NCBI RefSeq assembly: GCF_947855115.1
Contig: NZ_CANTZW010000017.1
Location: 13,355-77,354 of the forward strand
Source of the DNA: an uncultured Parabacteroides sp.
GTDB lineage: Bacteria > Bacteroidota > Bacteroidia > Bacteroidales > Tannerellaceae
Direction of reading: 5' to 3'
Length of the DNA: 64,000 bases
Position numbers and translations under genes: made by a program. Below, piece by piece: positions 57,124 through 64,000 of this stretch (positions are counted from its first letter, which is position 1; every line of letters starts with the position of its first letter). Under the pieces are notes generated by a model. It did not search any database. It was given only the letters and a program-made list of their open reading frames with translations, and was not told where the DNA came from.

Positions 57124-58017
57124 ATGAGAGGATTTACGATTATTATTAAGTGCTGTGTATGTTTAGGGATATTATTATCTATTTCCGGTTGTGTGAATAA
57201 CAAGGATCGAAAGAAAATATCGATAGCATATGCTAATTGGGCAGAAGGTATCGCCATGACTAATTTAGCTAAAGTGATATTAGAAGATCAAGGTTACCGG
57301 GTGACATTAAAAAATGCGGATATCGCTCCGATCTTTACTTCCGTTGCCTCTGGAAAAGCGGATGTGTTCATGGACGCATGGCTTCCGGTGACCCATGCGG
57401 ATTATATGGAACGATACGGTGACCGTCTAGAGACGCTAGGAACGGTTTATGACCATGCGAAATTGGGTTTGGTAGTCCCGGAATATGTAACAATTCGTTC
57501 GATCGAGGATTTGAATGCTCATAAAGATCAATTTAAGGGTGAGATTATTGGGATCGATGCCGGCGCAGGTCTGATGAATTCGACGGATAAGGCGGTTCAA
57601 AAGTATTCTTTGGATTTTGACTTGAAATCTTCCAGTGGAGCTACGATGGTCGCTTTCTTGAAGAAGTCGATCGACGCGAATGAATGGATCGTAGTTACCG
57701 GATGGACACCCCATTGGATGTTCTCACGTTATCCGTTAAAATTCTTGGAAGACCCAAAAGGGGAATTCGGGGATTCTGAACATATAGAGGTTATTGCGAC
57801 GAAAGGATTCTCGGAGAAAGATCCGTATGCGGCCTCTTTTTTCAAGAACTTTAAATTAACCGATGAGCAACTAAGCGAATTGATGTACTATATGGAGGAC
57901 GGAACACGTACGGAATCGCGGTCGGCCCGTGCTTGGCTGGAGAAACATTCCGAGATAATCAATTTATTCTTACCTTCGCAGGATAATCAATTGAATAAGA
58001 ACCATGAGACGAATTAG
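57124..58017 (+). CDS. Glycine betaine ABC transporter substrate-binding lipoprotein (OpuAC/ProX)
   Basis: ISGC lipobox, YANWAEG, DAWLPVTH, IIGIDAGAG, GWTPHWMF. Confidence 0.92.
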   Translation: MRGFTIIIKCCVCLGILLSISGCVNNKDRKKISIAYANWAEGIAMTNLAKVILEDQGYRVTLKNADIAPIFTSVASGKADVFMDAWLPVTHADYMERYGDRLETLGTVYDHAKLGLVVPEYVTIRSIEDLNAHKDQFKGEIIGIDAGAGLMNSTDKAVQKYSLDFDLKSSSGATMVAFLKKSIDANEWIVVTGWTPHWMFSRYPLKFLEDPKGEFGDSEHIEVIATKGFSEKDPYAASFFKNFKLTDEQLSELMYYMEDGTRTESRSARAWLEKHSEIINLFLPSQDNQLNKNHETN

Positions 58018-58783
58018 GGTAGTCGTTTGTATTTTAATAGGAGTTATTATGTGTTGGTCCGCTTCGGTCGCCAACGATAAGCGTTACGTGAACATCGTGT
58101 TTATCGGAAATAGTATTACATTTGGTGCCGGGTTATCGAAACCAACCCATGACGCGCCTCCCGTAAAGGCTGCGTTGTTTTTAAGTAAATGTCCGGAAAT
58201 CGCTTCGGTCAGATATTCCAATAGAGGACAAAGTGGTTGTACTACCGTGGATTATTTGCCGGAGACGAATACACTCTTCCCCTGGGCCGTACATGCAGCC
58301 GATAAGTTTAAGGACGAGACATGGGCAGATTTAGTGTTCTCCATTATGTTGGGAACGAATGATAGCGCGATAGAAGGAACGAACGGTTGCCCGGTAGCGC
58401 CAGAGCGATATTATGAGAATCTGAAAACGATAATCAATCGTTTGCTGGCTTTATACCCAGATTGCCGTGTCGTGGTACATCGTCCTCTGTGGTATAGCCC
58501 GAATACATATAATGGAGCTAAATATATGGAGGAAGGTCTACAGAGGCTTCAAGAGTATTATCCGCAAATACAGAGATTGGTCGATTATTATGCGTCTCGT
58601 TTTCCCGGGCAAGTCTTTCTGGGAGATACGAAGGGATTCGATTACTTTAAGGAAAATCATTTAACGGATTTCCAAGCGGAAAAGGGTAATGCGGGGATAT
58701 TTTATCTTCATCCGAATGAGAAAGGCGCCGCCCGGTTAGGAGAGCTTTGGGGGGAGGCGATTCGTAAGGTTTTAAGCTTTTAG
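58004..58783 (+). CDS. Secreted SGNH/GDSL esterase
   Basis: Signal peptide, IGNSIT, GQSG, LGTND, LHPN. Confidence 0.87.
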   Translation: MRRIRVVVCILIGVIMCWSASVANDKRYVNIVFIGNSITFGAGLSKPTHDAPPVKAALFLSKCPEIASVRYSNRGQSGCTTVDYLPETNTLFPWAVHAADKFKDETWADLVFSIMLGTNDSAIEGTNGCPVAPERYYENLKTIINRLLALYPDCRVVVHRPLWYSPNTYNGAKYMEEGLQRLQEYYPQIQRLVDYYASRFPGQVFLGDTKGFDYFKENHLTDFQAEKGNAGIFYLHPNEKGAARLGELWGEAIRKVLSF

Positions 58784-58812
58784 TCTCAACGAGAAACACG
58801 CTATCCGAAAGA

Positions 58813-58851
58813 AAGGCGGGGTATCTCCGCAAAAGGGGACAAGCCCGCCTT
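58813..58851. terminator. Hairpin between convergent genes
   Basis: AAGGCGGG ... CCCGCCTT stem. Confidence 0.55.
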
Positions 58852-58867
58852 GTTCAGCTTGGTGTAT

Positions 58868-59386
58868 TTACAATAGATTCATGATTTCTCTCCAGTTGTC
58901 AACCCTTTCTATTGAGGTATTATGTATAAGGACATTATGTGGCTGGGTGAAAAGGATTTTACGTCCTTTGAAAAAATTAAGGTTCTTGATATGGTCATCA
59001 ATCATGATATCACCGCAGATATTATCCTTGCTACCGCAGAAAATCATTTGTTTCCACGATATGAAAGGGTAATTTTCATTTAGCCAATCGTGTTTTTCTT
59101 TTAGACTGTTGGGAAATTCGGTTGCGGAAGAGACTATTAATAGGTCGTATTTATTGTTTAAATAATTCAAGCCTTCTACACTTTCTTGGATTACAGGAGC
59201 GGTACGGAAAAAACCTTTGCTTTTGATAAATTGGGGGAATGAAGGAAAAGCCTCTTCTTCTAATAGTCCATACATATCCTGTTTGTTTAGCATTATACCT
59301 GATTCCTTGTATTCATAGTCTAGCATATGTGGATAGATATCCGCTAAAACTCCGTCCATGTCTACTAATACTCGTTGCATACTCAA
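58868..59386 (-). CDS. 5'(3')-deoxyribonucleotidase (NT5C, HAD superfamily)
   Basis: LVDMDGVLAD, EKHDWL..YPFI, MIDDH, LFTQPHN. Confidence 0.88.
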   Translation of the reverse strand: MSMQRVLVDMDGVLADIYPHMLDYEYKESGIMLNKQDMYGLLEEEAFPSFPQFIKSKGFFRTAPVIQESVEGLNYLNNKYDLLIVSSATEFPNSLKEKHDWLNENYPFISWKQMIFCGSKDNICGDIMIDDHIKNLNFFKGRKILFTQPHNVLIHNTSIERVDNWREIMNLL

Positions 59387-59596
59387 ATTTGTTTAATTAT
59401 TATTATTTAACAATCTTAAGAAAAATCTCTTCGGCATATGCGATGCGTTTTTTTCCAGCGCTTATTATTCCTATTGATTATCTAATTAGAAAAACTGAAT
59501 AAAACCGCATATGGGTTTATAAAACCGCAAAAAATATATCTTTTCTTGATGAATATCTGTATTTTTGCGGAATAATGCAAATAAATATGCGTAGTT

Positions 59597-60346
59597 ATGC
59601 TGAAAGAAGAGAGACACGAATACATACTAAACCAGATAAGTAAAGGAAACCGTATTTATGTTACGGCCCTTAGCATAGAACTTGGTGTTTCTGATGATAC
59701 TCTGAGAAGAGATCTAACAGAGTTGGATAATAAAGGTTTACTGACCAAAGTGCATGGAGGTGCGATTGCTAAATCCGGTATTTCGATAAAATATACCGAA
59801 AGGTTGAATACGGCTATTTCTGTGAAACAACGTATAGCGGCGAAAGTAATACCTCTGTTTAAAGAAGGGGATATTATATTGATGGACGGTGGAACATCCA
59901 ATCTTGAAGTGGCTCGTCAAATACCACAAGACTTTGAGCTTACGATCTTTACGAATAGTTTCCCTATTGTTAACGAGCTTGTTAACCACCCCAAAGTAGA
60001 TCTTAATTTTTTAGGAGGTAAAGTATTCCAGTCCTCTCAAGTGACAGTCGGATTGTCTGTTTACCAAGCCTTGCAAAATATTACTCCGGATTGGGTCGTT
60101 TTGGGTATAAGTGATATTCATCCAGAGAAAGGGCTGACATGCCCCGACAGAGAAGAGGCTATGATAAAACGGGCTATGATTGAACGAGGCATTAAAAGTA
60201 TAATTCTTGCGGATGGGTATAAGTTAAATACGGCAAGGGCTTATCGAGTTGTTTCCTTGGGGGAGATAGATTACATTGTTACAGAAGATGATAAAGTTGA
60301 TTATATCGAGCAAAATTGGCCTAAATATTCATATAAGGTATTATAA
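59597..60346 (+). CDS. DeoR/GlpR family transcriptional regulator
   Basis: VSDDTLRRDL HTH, VHGGA, MDGGTSN, FTNS; -7 box TATTTTTG at 59560-59567. Confidence 0.93.
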   Translation: MLKEERHEYILNQISKGNRIYVTALSIELGVSDDTLRRDLTELDNKGLLTKVHGGAIAKSGISIKYTERLNTAISVKQRIAAKVIPLFKEGDIILMDGGTSNLEVARQIPQDFELTIFTNSFPIVNELVNHPKVDLNFLGGKVFQSSQVTVGLSVYQALQNITPDWVVLGISDIHPEKGLTCPDREEAMIKRAMIERGIKSIILADGYKLNTARAYRVVSLGEIDYIVTEDDKVDYIEQNWPKYSYKVL

Positions 60347-60470
60347 ATGAAGAGGCAGTATCCAAGGATTGTGTTCGTTTTTTCTTAAAATCATAATGGC
60401 TTGTTCTATTTGCAAACGGTACGCATATAGAACAAGCCATTAAGTATTTACTCAAGGATGTACATCGAGA

Positions 60471-60899
60471 TTATTTGATCTCGATTACTTTCTCGGCCAT
60501 TTTTGTCTCTTCCTCGGTTCTCTTCGGTATGCTGATACTCAAGACGCCATTCTCAACTTTCGCCTCGATCCTGTCTTTCTCTACGTTATCGGGCAAGACC
60601 ATGGTTTGTTGGAATTTGCTATAAGAGAATTCGCGTCTTAGATAACGTCCTTCTTTCCGATCTTCATTCTTTTCTTCTTTTTTCTCCATAGATACGACCA
60701 AGTTATTGTTCTCATCGATCTTGATGTTGAAATCGTTCTTTGTCATACCGGGAGCGGCTACCTCAACTCGATAATCCCTATCGGATTCTATCACGTTGAT
60801 GGCTGGAGCTGTAGAGTTTGCTTTTATCATCCAGTCGTTGTCAAATAAATCATTGAATACATACGGTAACCAATTTTGACTTCTTCTCATCGGTGTCAT
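60471..60899 (-). CDS. Hsp20/alpha-crystallin small heat shock protein
   Basis: PAINVIE, APGMTK, RREFSYSKFQQTMVLPDNV, AKVENGVLSISIPK; start placed at MTPMR. Confidence 0.93.
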   Translation of the reverse strand: MTPMRRSQNWLPYVFNDLFDNDWMIKANSTAPAINVIESDRDYRVEVAAPGMTKNDFNIKIDENNNLVVSMEKKEEKNEDRKEGRYLRREFSYSKFQQTMVLPDNVEKDRIEAKVENGVLSISIPKRTEEETKMAEKVIEIK

Positions 60900-61243
60900 A
60901 ATACAGTCCTCCAATTATTAGTTAAACATTCTATTTATTATTCTCATTCTTGAATCCGTCTTTTTTATTTCGGATTCACTTAGCATATTTCAAATGGTGT
61001 GCCAATCTGATAATGTGCGTGTTAACTCGGATAAAAGAATTTGAATAAGGTTTAACCCATGTATGAATAGCCTGTATTTCGGAGGGTAAGAAAGAGAGGA
61101 GTGCTATCTGATAAAAGCAAGATCAAATACCGTGAAATGATAATCTGTAATATTGGCATAATTTACGTTATATTGGCACGATAGAATGGCGGGTAGAATA
61201 ATAACTTTTATCTTTAAGCGTTTTATAGTAAATCGGTTATTCT

Positions 61244-62707
61244 ATGAAAAAGAAGATAGTAGTATTTGGTTTGCGGATGAAGGCGGCGGTACGGAGCCAT
61301 CCGGTAGAAGTGTTACTTTCGGTTTTAGCTTGTGTGATGGGATGCTATGACTATGAGAGTAAGAGCGGTTATTTCGATATGGTATTACAGTATATGCCGG
61401 TTGTATTTCTATTGGCTTATGCCTTGGGCGGATGTTGCTCGGAGATGAAGAAGCGCTTCTTGTATTTCTTTTCGGTGTTATTGTGGCTTCCTTTTTTGGC
61501 GGTACCCCTAGAACCGTTGTTATCTTCCAGGCATCTGGTTTCGTTGATCATAGCGTTGCTCGTTTATTTGGGGAGCGGGTGGATGAAAGACAACAAGCGT
61601 TTTGTAGAGAATACGCTCTTTTTCGTTCGGTCACTTCTATATGCGGGCGGGCTTTCTGTGGTTATTTATCTATTATCGGGATCAATCTATAAGTCGATCC
61701 AATATATATTTGAAATTTGGCAAGATGAGGCAGAACGAATAATCACTTATACGGCTATTGTTGTGTTTAGCGTTATTTTCCCATTATTGTTCTTGATGTT
61801 TAACGAGCGAAGGGAGAGACCGGGATTTCCTTCCAAGAGTAAGCTGTTTGATATTTTGTTGAATTATGTGCTTTCTCCGGCATTGCTTATCTATGCGGTG
61901 ATCTTGTATTTATATTTTGTCAAGATCGTTGTTTTGTGGTCGTTACCGAAGGGAGCGGTCGCCTCTATAGTAGTAAGTTTTACGTTTGCGGTGTTTGTAT
62001 TGAAAGGATGTCAAGTCTTTCTATCCCGGAGGTATTACGATTGGTTTTATGACCATGCCAGTCTTGCCGTACTTCCGGCACTTGCGATGTTTTGGGTAGG
62101 TACGCTTTACCGGATCCGCGAATATGGATTTACCGAACCAAGGGTCTATTTGGTGGTCGTGGGGTTGATATTGACCGGGACTGTCGTTTTATTCCTCGTG
62201 AGGCGTTGGGCTTCTTATTTATATGCGGTTTGTTGGGCAATCCTTTTATTGGCTAGCGTAACTTATATTCCAGGGATAACGGCCAAGGATATTGAACGTA
62301 TCTCTCAGACGTCACGGGGGAATTATCCGATGAGAAAAGATTTGGGCGTGGAATATATTCACATCTCCTCGGATAAGCCGGTCAACATCCGGGGATATAA
62401 TACGATGGAGAGCTTACAGAGTTATAAGACGAATGATACTGCGCTGTTACGGGCCGAGAATGATACGATAACGATTTATGACAAAGAGGGAAGTTTGGTC
62501 TATCAGAGATCGTATGATGAGTTTTTAGACGGGCAATTACGGAAAGTCGGGCTTTCACGACTTGACTCGATCCCAGAATCCGTGTACCCCGATCTTCTTC
62601 GGATTGATCTGGACTCATCCGCTGTCATTCTGGAGGCGATAAATATACGGAGAGATTCCGTCGATCATATTAGTTATATATTGGGTGCGTATTATTTAAA
62701 ACAATAG
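61244..62707 (+). CDS. DUF4153-like polytopic membrane protein
   Basis: Many TM segments, YVLSPALLIYAVILYLY, RIREYGFTEPRVY; family name from recall. Confidence 0.7.
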   Translation: MKKKIVVFGLRMKAAVRSHPVEVLLSVLACVMGCYDYESKSGYFDMVLQYMPVVFLLAYALGGCCSEMKKRFLYFFSVLLWLPFLAVPLEPLLSSRHLVSLIIALLVYLGSGWMKDNKRFVENTLFFVRSLLYAGGLSVVIYLLSGSIYKSIQYIFEIWQDEAERIITYTAIVVFSVIFPLLFLMFNERRERPGFPSKSKLFDILLNYVLSPALLIYAVILYLYFVKIVVLWSLPKGAVASIVVSFTFAVFVLKGCQVFLSRRYYDWFYDHASLAVLPALAMFWVGTLYRIREYGFTEPRVYLVVVGLILTGTVVLFLVRRWASYLYAVCWAILLLASVTYIPGITAKDIERISQTSRGNYPMRKDLGVEYIHISSDKPVNIRGYNTMESLQSYKTNDTALLRAENDTITIYDKEGSLVYQRSYDEFLDGQLRKVGLSRLDSIPESVYPDLLRIDLDSSAVILEAINIRRDSVDHISYILGAYYLKQ

Positions 62708-62717
62708 AATAAGTTAT

Positions 62718-63344
62718 ATGTCAAGGAGCAAAGAATTGATTTTATTGGCCCAGCGTATACGGGCCTTGTCGCAGACCGGGTTGGTTTATTCATTAAGCGA
62801 GTACGATACGGAACGTTATGAGGAATTAAGTCGTTTAAGCGATGAAATAACGGCTTTGGCTGCCGGGTTAAAGCCAGAGGATGTGGCGAGTGGTTATCGC
62901 CCGGCTAAAGAATACGTGACCCCGAAAGTAGATATCCGTGCCGTGGTCTTTAACGAGAAAGACGAGATCTTACTAGTCCGTGAGAAAGCGGACGGATGTT
63001 GGTCGTTGCCCGGAGGATGGAGCGATGTGGGATATTCCCCGAAAGAGGTGGCGGCAAAAGAGGTGAAGGAGGAGACGGGTTTGGATGTGCTCCCGGTTCG
63101 CTTGTTGGCTGTAATGGATATGAGCAAGCATCCGCATCCCGCTATACCTTATTATGTATATAAGTTTTTTATCCTTTGCGAGTTAAAGGGCGGGTCGTTT
63201 ACCGAGACTTTCGATATCTTGGGGAAAGGCTTCTTTAAATTGGAGGAGTTGCCTCTGTTGTCCTTGGAGCGTGTGCTGCCGGAGCAACTTCGACAAATGT
63301 ATACGTATTATAAACATCCGGGAGGGGATGTTTATCTGGATTAA
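62718..63344 (+). CDS. NUDIX hydrolase with N-terminal helical extension
   Basis: YVTPKVDIRAVV, WSLPGGWSDVGYSPKEVAAKEVKEETG Nudix box. Confidence 0.92.
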   Translation: MSRSKELILLAQRIRALSQTGLVYSLSEYDTERYEELSRLSDEITALAAGLKPEDVASGYRPAKEYVTPKVDIRAVVFNEKDEILLVREKADGCWSLPGGWSDVGYSPKEVAAKEVKEETGLDVLPVRLLAVMDMSKHPHPAIPYYVYKFFILCELKGGSFTETFDILGKGFFKLEELPLLSLERVLPEQLRQMYTYYKHPGGDVYLD

Positions 63345-63387
63345 GGATACTTTGTGTACCTTTACGACCTTATTAAAAAACAATGTT

Positions 63388-63738
63388 ATGAAAAGATATT
63401 GTCAGACCTTGGATCTGAAAGAGGATGAGCAGTTGATAAAAGAGTATTGCTATTGGCATTCGCCGGAACATATCTGGCCGGAGATACCGGAAGGAATCCG
63501 TGCGGTAGGGATCTTGAATATGGAGATTTACCGTTTGGGAACCCGGTTGTTCATGATCGTGGAGACACCGGATGATTTTGATTGGGACACGGCGTTCGCC
63601 CGTTTGGCGACAATGAATAGACAAGCGGAATGGGAGGACTTCGTGGCGAAGTACCAGAAGGCCGCTCCGGGAAGCTCCTCGTCCGAGAAATGGCAGTTGA
63701 TGGAATGTATGTTTAAATTGCCGGGAGCAAGTAAATAA
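63388..63738 (+). CDS. L-rhamnose/L-fucose mutarotase family
   Basis: YCYWH..IWPEI..GIRAVGILNMEIY, RQAEWEDFV, KWQLM..F; start placed at MKRYC. Confidence 0.85.
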   Translation: MKRYCQTLDLKEDEQLIKEYCYWHSPEHIWPEIPEGIRAVGILNMEIYRLGTRLFMIVETPDDFDWDTAFARLATMNRQAEWEDFVAKYQKAAPGSSSSEKWQLMECMFKLPGASK

Positions 63739-63746
63739 ACGGAAGG

Positions 63747-64000
63747 ATGGAAAAACAAAAGAAACAATCGCTGGTTGCTGCCCCGGGAGGGAAATCTTAT
63801 TTGATCCCGTTTATCTTGATCACGAGTTTGTTTTTGCTTTGGGGATTCGCCCACGGACTCTTGGATGTGTTGAACAAACATTTTCAAGGAGTCTTCACGA
63901 TGACCAAGGCGGAGAGCGGCTTGGTACAATTCTCTACCTATATCGCTTATTTCTTGATGGCATTGCCGGCGGGGGCGTTCATGAGACGTTACGGATACCG
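63747..64000 (+). CDS. FucP-family sugar:H+ symporter, 3' end outside the window (absent from ORF track)
   Basis: Hand translation MEKQKKQSLVAAPGGKSYLIPFILITSLFLLWGFAHGLLDVLNKHFQ..AESGLVQFSTYIAYFLMALPAG. Confidence 0.85.
   Translation, partial: MEKQKKQSLVAAPGGKSYLIPFILITSLFLLWGFAHGLLDVLNKHFQGVFTMTKAESGLVQFSTYIAYFLMALPAGAFMRRYGY

Noticed and set aside
1-64000. tRNA, rRNA, CRISPR, prophage, IS transposase, defence island
   Set aside because: None recognised by eye; tRNAscan-SE, Infernal and DefenseFinder were not run

Overview
Chromosomal window from a Bacteroidales gut bacterium; gene content and TAnnTTTG promoters suggest a Parabacteroides-like organism (inference). It is mostly housekeeping genes (MarC, GT2-acyltransferase-mtaB, acyl-CoA ligase, arg operon, murQ, guaB, peroxiredoxin, OpuA/ProU-type ABC transporter, Hsp20, start of a fucose/rhamnose uptake cluster). 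I saw no rRNA, tRNA or CRISPR array. Main points: (1) a tandemly duplicated two-gene module of unknown function, a polytopic membrane protein (DUF6057-like) plus a TolB-like beta-propeller lipoprotein with a conserved CxxCH motif, next to a beta-mannan catabolic operon; (2) an apparently split galactomannan utilization system, where the GH26/GH130/epimerase operon and a susC-susD cassette about 26 kb away share a near-identical motif at the same distance from their -7 promoter boxes; (3) a solitary IntDOT-like tyrosine recombinase followed by a 22-bp-period palindromic array; (4) heptamer arrays directly 5' of three start codons; (5) a soluble orphan histidine kinase with a Cys/His cluster divergent from a peroxiredoxin. 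Family names come from motif recognition, not database searches.
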